Origin: Gekko japonicus
Lineage: Eukaryota
Length of the DNA: 64,000 nt
Direction: 5' to 3'
Assembly (NCBI RefSeq): GCF_001447785.1
Contig: NW_015167536.1
Coordinates: 434,001-498,000 of the forward strand
The notes under the pieces are model-generated. The model searched no databases and had not been told where the DNA came from. It saw only the letters and a program-made list of their open reading frames with translations. The position numbers and the translations under genes are program-made. Every line of letters begins with the position of its first letter. Position 1 is the stretch's first letter. Positions 24,827 through 37,436 of this stretch are shown here, piece by piece.

Positions 24827-25588
24827 TTTTGCCTAGCAGATAACAGGGCAATAGAATAGGTAGACTGTATGTACAGATATATTCATAGATAACTAGTAAG
24901 CATGTGGGTCTGTCTTCAGGCACATGTCAAGCCTCCTTCTCCCCCCCAGCCCCCCAGCCCCCAAATTGTCCTTCAGTAGGTACAGAGAGCTAAAAGTTTT
25001 TTAAAAAAGAAAAAAAGAAATAATCAAAGGACCTTAATGTGGAAGAATATATAGGTAGATAGGGTTTTTTTGTTTTTAAGACTAAGCATAAAGTATTATG
25101 ATTCATTCTTACCCTCCCTCCAGGCCCCCACTTGACATGATTAAACTTGGGGAGCAAACAAGGTCGAGAAGAAACAGGCATCACCCCCACTTCCAAACAA
25201 ATACATCAGAGCATTTGTGGTTTAGAGTTAGAATAGAGCCAGGAGCGGAGAAGGGGTGGGGTCATTGCTGGTGGTGACGATCGGAAGGTCCAGTTCTTTG
25301 CAAATAGGTAATGCTCAGTTCGGACTGGGCTGCTGTCAAACCCAGCTCTATATTTATTTTATTGAAAGCCAAAAAAAGGGGGGGGGATTGCTGCTATAGG
25401 AGGATGGAAGAAAAAAACCTAGGGGAAGTTCGATGACAATAAAAAAGGGGTTCTACAACTGTTTGACAGGTAGTTACTGTTGTGTGTGAGTCTCTCCATT
25501 CTATACTCTATAAAAGCGAATGACCGTCGTAAACATCTCGATTTATCATCTGCCATAAAACGAGGACTTCAAGGAGCTGAGAGGGGGA

Positions 25589-25881
25589 TCAGTCCTTGCT
25601 TTCTTCTTTCTCCTCTTCTTCTTTCTCCTCTTCCTCGTTGCCTTCCTCTTCCGCTTTCTCCTCTTCCCTGGCCCCGGGGAGTTTATCCTTGTTGTTTTCT
25701 TTCTTCCATTTCATCCTCCTGTTCTGGAACCAGATCTTGACCTGCCTCTCTGTCAGTCCCAGGGCATGCGAGACCTCGATGCGCCGCTTCCGTGTTAAAT
25801 AGGGGTTGAAGAGGAACTCTTTCTCGAGCTCCAGGGTTTGGTACCGGCTGTAAGTCTGCCTGCCACTGCGCCTTCCGGGAG
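25589..25881 (-). CDS. HOXC8: HOXC8 exon 2 (homeodomain)
   Basis: Acceptor CAG|CT at 25882/25881. Encodes (A)[69 protein letters not shown]...ESKD*. The 293 nt plus 436 nt give 242 aa. The ORF track misses this frame. Confidence 0.97.
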
Positions 25882-27533
25882 CTGGGGGACAGCAGCAGCA
25901 GCAGCAGCAAGCAACAACAACAACAAAAAGAAGAACGTGTTAGGCTCTCTTTCGCCCTTTGCTTTGATTCTGTCTTCTCCCCACCGAAGATAACGGACCA
26001 CTTTCTCCCTCGGTCCGTCCCCCCCCTCCAGCCCCACAACCTTCGTAGCATTCCAACAGTCCAATAAAAGAAACCATTCCCTTTAGACAACATAGCGCCA
26101 GAGCAGCCATCCTTCCGTTCAGCCCCCCCACCCCACCCACCCCCTCCTCGCAACATTTACTTTTTAACCTCCTGATGCAAATCTCAGTCTTTGAAATATA
26201 GCCCCCTCGCTTCTCAGTCTGGGTCGGTAGCCCTCAAGATAGAGATTTTCTCTGCCACTAATTTTTTTTAAAAAATACAGAGTTGGCTTTTGCCTTCGGA
26301 AGGAAGGTGCCTTTTGATGCATCCACACGTATGGCTGTAGGAAGCCCTGCATGTAAACATGGAGAAGGTACCCCAAATCCCCCCAAAATGTGATTTTATT
26401 CTATATAATTAACATACCATGATATCTGCATCTCTGTGCATATGAATATGTACACACATACTTCGGCGTGTATATGGTGTATGTGGGTAGGTGTATACAC
26501 GCACATATGCATATATACATACTCCAGTAACACCCTACATAAATCCTACCATATCAGTTTTCCTATTGGGGAAGTGTCTGGCTTACAAAAGCAACTTTTA
26601 AACCTTTTTACTTCTCCTCCTGTCTCTTATTTGAAGCTTTCCTGGGCCACATCCTTGCCTTGTTTACAGGATAGTTGTTCTCTAAAGAAGGAGCTGGGTT
26701 CCAAAGAAGGCTAATTCCCCACTTAAAACTACCTACCCTTCATGTGAATAAACAAACCTTCTGAATAAAGGCAGTGAAAGTTGTTCTGGGCAAGTATTAT
26801 TGCTTTCGAAAAGCTGCCTTAAGCAAAGCTGAGGTCAATCAATGGCATATTATTGATAAGTTATGTATATTAGTGCTATGACTATTTTTTATTTTCTTCC
26901 TGGTGCAGAACAGCCTAGGGTTTTTTCCCTCTTTTCCTTTTTTTAAAATAAAATAAAATAAAAACAAAAACACCCCACCAAGTTGCCCTTTCAAGTTTAA
27001 ACTTTTAATTTCGAGGATCTCTCAAAATATCCTAAATGGTCTTTAGCAAAGCATACGAGCCCCCCCCTTCCCCAAATCCTCTCACCTTTTAAGCTCAAGA
27101 CGTCAAGCCGTTAAGAAAAGCTGTATGACATTTTGGAGGTGGGGGGGGGGAAGGCAGCGTATTATGAACATGCTAATAACCTCGTGGGAGCTGTATCTTA
27201 TTGCTCTCCTCGAGGCAAGCCATTAAAAAAAAGTTTTACTTTATTGTGATTTAAACCCAGAAATCACCTTCCTGGCTTTCCTAAGCCAACTGCACCCTTG
27301 TTTACTTTTTAAAAGGATCCCCCCCCCCCGCAACAGGAAGCAGAAACATTATCACAATCGAACCTTCCCTCTGCCTTTCTCTGTCTCTCCCAAACACAAA
27401 TATATCCCCACCACCACTCCCCACACCCCTTCCTTCCTCTCTCTACTTAAATAATTTTATAAAACAAACAAAACAAAAACCCAAACACATTTCAGGAAGA
27501 AGGAAGAACAAAAAGAAGAAGAAAGATCCTAAC

Positions 27534-27969
27534 CGTGAGGTCTCATCCATGGGAACATGAGGCTGGGCGAAGAATTTTGATTTAAATGCCCTTGTCCCTC
27601 GCTAGAGTTACTGTTGGAAGAGGATTTACAGTCAGGATATTGTACCACGGCCGCCTCTTGCTGGGCACCATAAAGCGATTGCCTTGGTAGGGCTTCGTAT
27701 CCATAGAATTTGGAAGCGTCGCCGTGGCACGCCAGAGCGCAAGGGTTTTGCTGGTATCCCGAGTTCGAAATGCTGGACGTTCCGTGGTGGAAGAACTCTT
27801 GGACGTGGTGTGACGGGTGTTGGAAGCTGGGAGCCGTGGTGCCCGGACCGTACACGAGAGCATGGCTTCTGCTCACACTTTGTGGAAATCTGCAGTCGTA
27901 GTAAGTTGGTTCCAGGGACTCGCCGCCTTTGTACTTGGAGAAAAGAGGATTTACAAAGTAGGAACTCAT
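27534..27969 (-). CDS. HOXC8: HOXC8 exon 1
   Basis: MSSYFVNPLFSKYKGGES... with the MFPWMR hexapeptide. Donor G|GTTAG at 27534/27533. Confidence 0.97.
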
Positions 27970-29256
27970 GGCTTTCGCATGAAAAGGAGGAGAAGAAGCC
28001 AAGCGCTTTTAAAAAAAAAAGTCTTTAATGCTCTAAGAGATCAGTGCTAAGGACTCTCGCTCTCCCCTCTCCCTGGACTCTGGAAAGTCCTGGTTAGTGG
28101 CTGATTGTGGTTTTTTGTTTTTTTTTAATGCGCGCTCTCTCAAAGACGTTTCATAGTGGCTGAGTGGGTATGGCTGCTTATGCCTAATGCTCTTGACTTC
28201 TCTTATATCCGTCGATAGGTAGAGCTCTCTCTCAGTTTCTCTTACTTGTTCCCTTCCCTTTAACACCACAGGCAAATTCCTCAAAATCCCGGTGGTGAGG
28301 CTCTCTCTCTCTCTCGCTCGCTCTCTCTCACTCACACACACACACGCGATCTGGATTCATCAATCCAGCCCAGCAAGACAGGCTAAGGGAAGAAAATGAC
28401 AAGGGGAAAAATCGGGGGGTTCGAGGGGGTGACGGGGAGGTGAGAGAAGCAGCCCTTCAGAAGGAGGGAAAGGGGGGGGGGACACGCACACACACACCCT
28501 CGTAGCTGCTGAATGAAACAGGGTTATGAAAGGTGCGCAGTAATACCCTTAGGTGCTCTTCTCTCTTCCCCCCCCCTCCCTATGCAACGGAGCCTCTTCA
28601 CTTATCTGAGCAAATACATGCGCCGGCGAGGTCAATTTAGGTTACTTCAACAGGTAATAGGTAAAAAAGAGAGGCAAACCCGGATCAATGACTGTGTTTA
28701 GAGGGGGGGGTGTATTTTTAGATGGCCCTATAAGGGGCGCAGCAACGCTAAGGGGGGGGGACCCCACCCACCCAACCACCCACCCTTCACCTCAACTATT
28801 CCAGTTATGTGACTGTCGTGCAGGGAGGGAGGGGGGGGGAAATGATATGATGGGGCCAAAAACCCACCCCACCCCCGTTTTAAAAAAAGTGATGAAAACA
28901 ATCTGGAGAGTCCATTGATTTCCCGAGGTGCGTTGTGGCTGTTCCTTTTCTCTCTCTGTGTGTGTATATACATATGTAGTTGCCTTGAAAGAAAGAAAAA
29001 ATAAAAGATCTCAGGAACACGATTCTCTTTCCTTTCTTTCTGTAGGCCTGGGGGGGGGGGATATTCCCTTCTGCAGATCACTGGAAGGCGTCCCTCGAAG
29101 CTGTGTCCACAGGAAACGTCTTGGCGAAGGAATAGGAGGGGGGGGCGCACAGGATATGCTGGGATGGGCGAAGAGGGGTAGTAGTATCTATCTCATGCCC
29201 CCCCCCCAGTTGCTACTACTTAAATGCTGGAGAATTTGTCCACATATCTTGCTTGT

Positions 29257-29288
<32 letters not shown>

Positions 29289-31802
29289 GATGCATGTACT
29301 GGGGAGACGCCAGCTCTGTTCCAGCCTGTACTTTCCTAACTCTGGAGTGACCATTGGCTGAAACCATTTTTACGACCGCGTTAAGAGAGAGTTCGGGGCC
29401 ATTAAACAGAAGCCTCAAAGCCCAGGAGCCGTTCTTCTTTGTAAAGTTCGCAAATTAATATTTCCTGAGCCGCTTTTGGGAAGCTTCTGAAATCTGACAA
29501 AAAAATCAAGCTCACTTCTATAAATTAACTGTCCGCCAGGCCCCTTCGTAAACTCATCAGGAGCCCCCCCCCCCCCTCGCAATACCTTCTAGGGCACAAA
29601 TTTCATCGGGGGAAACAAACCCAGGCTGAGGAAATCCCCACTGTTAGGAAGTCTGCAAAACCGTAAAACACTCTTCAGAGTAAATCTGTGGAGCCTGGAC
29701 TTTTCCTCTCGGCCTCCTACCCCCCACCCCCGTGAACCAGCCTTAACTCCTGGATTCTGTGCCCACGTTGGGCAATAAGAACGCCCAAATCTGTCATTAA
29801 ATTGGATTCCCCCCACCAGCAAAAGACGTTTTCCGCCCAGTTCACCCAAATAAACAGTCTCTCCCTTTCCAAAGTGTTTCAAAAATTAGGCTTTCTCAGA
29901 TGTCCCCCCCATCCTCGAAACAGAGATGCCGAAGAGCTGTTGGTGTTCCCCTCCCCCCCCCTTCTTACTGTTTTGCATTTTGAAAAATGCAATTTAAAAA
30001 AGTCACACTCACGTTGAAAATGAAATTGTGGCCCTTTTATCCTTTTTTTAAAAAGGGGAAAGACTGGCTTGCCAAAGGGGGAAAACGAGGAAACGATGCA
30101 GCCAAGCTCACCAGCTCCTAAACAAACCGCTGCAACTCCTGACAGGGCTTAATTGGCAGATAAGAGTCAATGGGCCCATCTCTCAGAGACGCTGATCAAT
30201 AATGGCTCTCGAGTTTGGAAATCTAGTAGCGAACCCTGTCCTTTTTTTATTGCAACATAGTCAGCTGGAGGAGGGAGATTCTCGGGTGTGTTGTTGACCG
30301 TGATTCCATGAGTTGCGGGGAAGGCAGAAAGTTGCTAAATATGCATTTCCAATCTTCTGTATTCTACCCCCCCCCCAAACAAACAACCCTCCCCCTAAAA
30401 ATCAGCACATGGAGGGGTGGTAGCAGGTTTGCAACACTGAGACTATAATATATGCTATTTTAAAATGTACAGAACAAAGTGTCGCCCTCTGAACCCATAT
30501 AGAGAAAAGCATTTTAATACCAATCCAAGAGAGGCCACCATTTTGGCGTTTCAGGTAGCTGGGGGAAAAACCGTTCTTTGTTTCTGCTGGGGTTGTTTAC
30601 CTATGAATGGATGTGAAGTCATACCACTGTGTTATACCTCCGAGGGTGTCACATTGTTACTTTTTAAAAAATAATGTGTTGAACACATCACCCACATAGA
30701 GGATCTGCCAATAAAACGTTCTGGCTTAATTTTGATGTATCAACCAGGCTGGTCTCTTTTAGCCTTGCTCAGAGAAAATGGAGGTCCAGCAGATTTCGCT
30801 ACTCAACATTCATGCACTTCACCAGCCGAGGCTGCTGGACCGAACGCCTTCTTCCACTGCACGTATGCATTTCATTTATGCACAGGGCAGGACGGTGCAA
30901 ATATAATTTCGGGATGGTTTCCCCCAAGAAATTCATTTACACTAGCCATCGAAAAGTCGGTTCGCAGTCAAGTCCAGGTCTGACGTTCTTTTGCAAGTCA
31001 ACGCTAACGTGGTAGCAGGTGAGGTGACTTTATGTATGTATATTTATGGAGCCCCGTTTCCTTCCAGCCTCCAAGAGGGGCCTAAAGGTGCTAACCCGAG
31101 GCTTTGTGAGTAAAACGGCTAATCGCCTCTAAGATTGAGCAACAGCGCCATCTTGCGCCAGTTTTTCCCAAGACACAGGCCTTCCAAACAAAACCTTTTC
31201 GGTCAAAACAAGGGGAAAGATCTCCCAGCACCAAAATCACCCCCCTTGTTTTTATTATTATTATTATTCCCCCCTCCTTTCAAGCTTTCCAGGACGTGCA
31301 TCCGATTTGGTCCAGAGAGAACCGAAGGAAACAAAAAATCCGGATTTTGTTCAAGACGAGCCATTTGGAATCTGATGGTTACATACCATCCGGAATTAAT
31401 CAATCAAGCAAGGAATTTTTTTTTAATCAGCCAAAAAAGGGGGGGGGGGATTTTGACTAGATTTTTTTTTAAAGCCACCGCAGTGCAATTGCTCATTTTT
31501 GTTACACCCTCCCCTCACATACCCTAAATGACCACCCATTGTCCTATCGACGACCACGAGGCGCACACAACATGCGTGTACACACACTTACGTGAATACG
31601 CCAGCGAAATGTTGCAGCTTCTCTTATCTCTCCTGCCAACCACTCCCCCCCCCGCGCCGGACAATGTTTTAAAAGATTTCTCTCCTCTCTCTCCTCTGCC
31701 AAAGAGAGGGGAAGGGAGGGGGGAATGAAGGGGGGGTGCGCGTCTGTTGTTTCTTGCTGGTAGACAAAACATTCCAATAAGCCGGTTTCAAAGAGAAGAG
31801 CA

Positions 31803-31945
31803 CCCACCTTATTTAAACCATAAAACAATTAAGGCCAGACGTCTAGCCGGTTCTGTGGTCCTGTTTTTGTTCCATTCTATTCAGCGCCCACAGCAGTGAG
31901 ACAAACAAGAGCTGTAAAGCTGGCATTTTTGGGGCTGCGGAAATG
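31803..31945 (-). promoter_or_regulatory. HOXC8: Hoxc8 early enhancer orthologue
   Basis: Minus strand ...AAATGCCAGCTTTACAGCTCTTGTTTGTCTC...GAACAAAAACAG...GCTAGACGTCTGGCCTTAATTGTTTTATGGTTTAAATAAGGTGG, about 3.9 kb upstream of the ATG. It matches the A-E element layout of the mouse early enhancer as I recall it. Confidence 0.85.
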
Positions 31946-32061
31946 TACCTATGGGTTGCTTTCAAAGCCGCTGTATCCTGTCTTTTTGTTGTGTGTCGTC
32001 TACAAAAGGGTCGTTTTTAAGCTGTGAAAAAGAGGGCTTTCTTTTCTCCCCACTCTGAGCC

Positions 32062-32096
<35 letters not shown>
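32062..32096. repeat. (CTAT)n microsatellite
   Basis: About 9 units. Confidence 0.9.
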
Positions 32097-35000
32097 ATTA
32101 GGTGTTTACATCATGCACACTCATTTTACACATAAATCACGCAATGTGCATGCAACACAGGAACACACACACTCCCCTAGGTCATCCGCAAAGGATCTAC
32201 AGTTTGGGGAAGGAATGTGAGGGTAATGGTAAGATTTTGTCCATGTTTAATACACACACACACACACACGCACCAGCCAAGCCTGCCGGAATGCTTTTCT
32301 GCAGGGTGGGGGGAAGGGGGTGCAGTGATTTGGTCTTGTCTAAAGCTGTACTGTCACAACACACACTTGCCTGCGACTAAAACCCATTGGAGCAAACTGT
32401 GCAATAAAGGCTCGCAATCTGACACACAGCTTCCTGGAGGATAAATCCCCTTCAGACGGCCATGGGCCTCCTTCCGAGTAAGCGTTCCTAAGGAAGGGAC
32501 TACCTATGGAGCCACTGCAGAGCCCGCCTGCATTTTTATACGGAAAAGCCTTGTACATGAACTGAAACTGTATTCTGGCTTAAAACAAAGCCGAGCGAGA
32601 AAGACACAGAGAGCGGGAGGCAGAAGGGGAGGGGGAGAAAGAGAACAACAGCCTTATGGAGACAAAAGGAACATAACTTACATTCTTTTCGTCCCCATTA
32701 GCTCCAATGGGAGATCAGCCCTGCTGAAGACAGGGCGCCGGGGGGGTTGTGGGGGAAAGGGTGGGGGGGGGGGGGGAGAGGAAGGTGAAAGAGATTGGAT
32801 CTTTAGTCATCTTGAAAATGAGGTTTGTGAGAATCCGGGGGGGGAGGTTTGCTCCAAACAGGGTGAAGGATCAAAGTTATTGAGACCCGCATCATGGTGA
32901 ACCGTATAGGTGGTGGTGAGGGAAGTGGGGAGGAAGAAAAAGAGACAGGCGGAAAGAATAGAAGAAGGTCCTCTTCTTTTCACTTTGCCTTTCTTCACCT
33001 TTAAGCGGGCACACGCACAGAAACTGAAAATCCGAATGGTTTCGCAGCCATTATTATTCGTTTTAAAAATTCGGTTGTATGATGGGGCGGGGGGAGGGGG
33101 CAAAGATTGGCAAGGGGGGGAAATAACTGCTGGAGGGTTTTTAAAAATAATTTGGTCACTGTAAATCCCCCCCTCTCCCCAGTATCGCCTTCCTGTCCCT
33201 TCCCAATGCCTATTTGCCCTAGCCTAGATGCTCAATGAAGACTTTGGGAGGACCTTGCTCGATTGTGTCGACTGTAGCAAATCGCCTCCACCCATTTTTT
33301 TTTTGAAGGGGGGAGAAAACAACTACCACTCTTCAGTAAATTAAGCGAATAAAATTACAAGCCAGTATGAATGGACTCCAAACGCAGGACGTGATGGAAG
33401 GAATAAAGTTGAGGAGCAATCTCTTAACGACATCAGCGGGGATAATGGCGTCCAGGTTTTATTTATTTATCGAGAGGGTCGGATCCGATGGACAAGAAAA
33501 CAAACCAAAACAAAAAACAAAACCCCAAACCCCTCACCTCCATGATTATTTCGATCTGTTTATCATTAGAAAGATTTTAAAAAGCAACAACCTCTGTTGG
33601 GTTCATTCCATTAAAGAAAGGAGACCCATAACGAGTGGTTTTGGTGAAAACATCTCCCGGCGGCTCATTTGTTATCCCTTGACTTTCATTTTAACAAGCC
33701 TTGGAAAGGAACTTCGGACACTTCCACTCGCAGAAAAAGCGAAAATGCATTGTTGAGAAAGAGAGAGAGGAAGGGAGGGGGAGAGAGAGAGAGCCCCCTC
33801 GCTTTCCCCCTCCACTCACCCTGTGTCACTTAACTTGTTCCTAAGCAGTACAAACATCTGATTTATTTTTTTTCGGAGACAGTATTAGACTTGCCTTCGG
33901 CCTGCCAGAGCAAGTCAGGAAAAGCTCTTTGTGCAAAAAAGGTCGTTTTTCTTTTAAAAGGGGTGGGTGGCTTCCTTAGTCTCTCTTTTTTTTAATCTTC
34001 CCTTTTAATTTTCTTCTCGATCACCTTTCCTTTCCTTCCCCCCCCCACCAATATGAAAAAAAACACTGATGGATTCCCCCCCCTTCTTTGCGCCTGCGAC
34101 GTAATTAGGCGGGGCCCCCCCCCCCCCCACACAAGCACCCAATCCGTTTTTCGCACTTTATGGATAATCCCGAGAACTTTCTAATAGAGTTGTCTCCCGG
34201 CAGATAACCAAAGTGAGAATTTCTGCTGTAAGCAAAGGGTTGCCTACCACACATATTTAAGCTTGTACATATAGCTGGATTGCTCGGGAGGTCATAAATT
34301 AGTACAATTAATTACCCCAGACTAAATGCGCGGCGCACAGTTGCCCTTCCTCGAAGTTGTGCTTTTACGAGCCTACCTCCGTATAGATACAGATATAGAT
34401 CTATGGACAGGGAAGGAGAGAAAGAGAGAGAGAGTCTATGTTCCCAGCGGAAGTTCGATTCTTTCCCGGTTCCATCTGGCTTCTTGAAAGAAGGGGTTTC
34501 TCTTTTCTCCAAGGAATCCGAGATTATTATCACTACTAATTTCTATGGGTTTCTCTTCTGGGGCTCTCCCTTTCAGAATCCAATAGCTTTCCCACCCATT
34601 TGTGTGTGTGTGGGGGGGGGAGTGATTGTTCCTTCAGTGCAGTTTAAACAAAACAAAAAGACATCTCGATTAAGAAACGTGTTTTTTCCTCTTTTTTTGT
34701 GTGTGTGACGTTAGCTATATACAGAAAGCTGCCCCTAGCACAGCAAAACATAACACCAATACAAGAACGGTTCTGTGACAATCAAAAAAGACACTAATAG
34801 GTACACCGGAAACGCTCAACACTATGACAGAAACATTGTTTGGAGCCATCACCCCCATTTTTTTCTCTTTCATCTTCCTTTCCCCCACGTTTCCCCCCCT
34901 TTCCTTTTGTACAAAAGATGCAGCCTCGACGTCATGAAATTAAAAAAAAAAACTGGATAAATTTTAAGTTACGAAATAAAATACTAAAAAAAATATTCAA

Positions 35001-35269
35001 GTACTTGGTTGTTTTCTGCAAAGAACAAGAAATGTTTATTTTTTTAAGTTGCAATTATTGTTATTCTTTTTTGTTTTTGTTTTTAGAAAAGCACTTTTTA
35101 TCTTCTTCTTTTTTTGTCTTCTGCTCCAGAAAGGGTTGCTGGGTCGAACTAATCTCTAAAACACTCATCAGCACACTCAACAAAAGTCAGAAAGACTTCG
35201 AAACCCCCAAGGAAGTGCCAAGCAGCGCCTCGGTTTTCTCCTTTCACTTGGGAGGGGACTCGGCCAATT

Positions 35270-35517
35270 TCACTGCTGGTCTTTATTATCGGTTTTCTCC
35301 TTGTTCATTTTCTTCATTTTCATTCGCCTGTTCTGAAACCAGATTTTGACCTGGCGCTCCGTGAGATTAAGCACCCGGGCCACTTCGTAACGGCGGTCCC
35401 GTGTAAGGTACATATTGAACAAAAACTCCTTTTCCAATTCCAGATTCTGGTACTTCGGGTAGGGGCACCGTTTCTTCCTTGTCGAACGTGCATGGATCCA
35501 GTTTGCCACAGGATTGT
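35270..35517 (-). CDS. HOXC9: HOXC9 exon 2 (homeodomain, with T9P and T13N)
   Basis: Acceptor CAG|AC at 35518/35517. Encodes (N)[71 protein letters not shown]...*. The 248 nt plus 535 nt give 260 aa. Confidence 0.96.
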
Positions 35518-37436
35518 CTGGAAAAGAAGAGTCGAGGGCGTTTAATATAAATCCATTATCTGAGCATCACTAACCCCTCATTACAGTTAGTTGTGGAGTC
35601 CCCCAAGCCATTCCTACACAATAATTATCCTTGCTTTATTAGAATAGGCGTCCCAGCCTTTTTGGCAACATGAGCTGATCATTTCTGAACTGACCTTCAG
35701 GGTAGTTTAAGGGCGTTAAGTGATTCTTTGATAGGAAGTGAGAAGGTGCCATCTACATCCACGTTGAAGGCAGCCAGCCATTTCTCCTTGCAATTTAGCA
35801 GGCTTGGGCTGCACCCTATTTCTGAGAATTATTTTATTTTCCAGCTAGGTGACCATCGTGTCCTACAAGTCTCAGTTTAAAAACAGAAACCGGAACAAAA
35901 GGTTTCATAACAACATAGTGGTGCACGTGGAAACTAGCAGGAGTCATCCAAGAACATAGTCATAAAAAGTCAAAATTCCCACCACTTCACAGGCCCATAA
36001 ACTCTGTTTACAACCGTCACTCTCCAGTCCTCTCGCTGTAACCTTCCTACTCCTGGAACCGCGTGCATTTTTATTTTTATTTTAATATCTGGAGGATGCC
36101 CCAGGATAACCTTTCTGGCTCCAAGAACAACATTTTCTCCCCCACAATCCTCAACCACCAGCACCCTTTTAAACTAAACCTCTCGACACTTTGTTACAGG
36201 GGAATAAACCACATTTCCCACTAATTAACTCGTGGGTAAAATTTTTGGAAACCAGTGCATTTGTTCCTAATTCAAGGCTATCGAGCTTCATGCCTCAGAC
36301 CTCGGTCCCGAGTCTACGACCCTTGTGTGCCTTTCCCGGGCTTGCAAGAGGGTAAACTGTGCCCGTCCACAAAGACACAAAAAGTTAGTAGGACCAAACC
36401 AGCCTTCGATCAGATTGTTAGGCCTGAAGGCGTTGTAAACACCTGGCCATGGGGATGGGACGGTGGGACTGGGGGTGTGCATAGAAATGCATGCACACAG
36501 ACGTGCATATACACACGAATTGACACCAGTTCTTGGAGGACTCTAGTCTATATTGCTCAGAAACAATCACCCAGGCTGAAATTACTTCGGTCCCCTCAAA
36601 AGTCCACGTTTTACTATGCAGGAGAATGATGACTTTTTAAAAACCACGAAGGCACAAGTCCTTTCAACACCCTATCTGCTTTCTCCCCCCCCCCCCCAAA
36701 AACAATGTTCAAGGGTATTTATTCTTTTGCTGCTTTCTCTGACAAGTTGAACTGCAGTCCACTTTTTAAAAAATGGCATGGTCCACTGCTCTCCCTTACT
36801 GAATCCCACCCCCATCTATCAGACTCCAGTGTCTATTTATACTTTTCCCAGCCCGATTATTTAGCTTTGGATAATCTACATTAATTTTCTCCCCCCCCCC
36901 CTTTCCCAGGACATTCCCCTTTGGCAAGATGTACAGATTTTATGAATCATGACGTGACTGTGGGGTTTCTGCTAGATCCCTTCTCCCCTACACACACATT
37001 TGAAAATATACACATGAAAATTATTTTCTCCCCCCCCCAAATACCCCCCCCCCCCACACACTCTTGTATTAACTGCTAGCCCGACTGGTTCCTCAAAAAC
37101 TCGGAAGGATCCAAGTGAGGGTTTGGGAGGTTATGAATATTTTATCAAACCTCTGGATTTCCCCCTCTTCAAGACCCCCAAATAGTCATTAAAAAAAAAC
37201 AGACTACCTCCCTTCTCCTTCCGCCCCTCTCCCCCCCCCCAACCCAAACAAAACTACTAGCAGTTCGTATGATCTTCTAAGTTAGGTTTCCTCTCTTTTT
37301 TTAAGCCTGTACGTTTGGAGGTTCGAGGCAGGGACGCCAAGAATTCTAAACAGCAAGGTAATTCCTTTTTATTGAGTACTGTGCAGGGGCGGCTGTAATG
37401 CCCTCCCGGTTGTAAACAAGAATGACTTCGACTTAC

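Noticed and set aside
27970-28002. N-terminal extension of HOXC8 shown in the ORF track
   Set aside because: It starts at TTG; the conserved protein begins MSSYF at 27969.
35845-35865. Possible hAT-like terminal repeat in the HOXC9 intron
   Set aside because: No matching second end or target-site duplication found.
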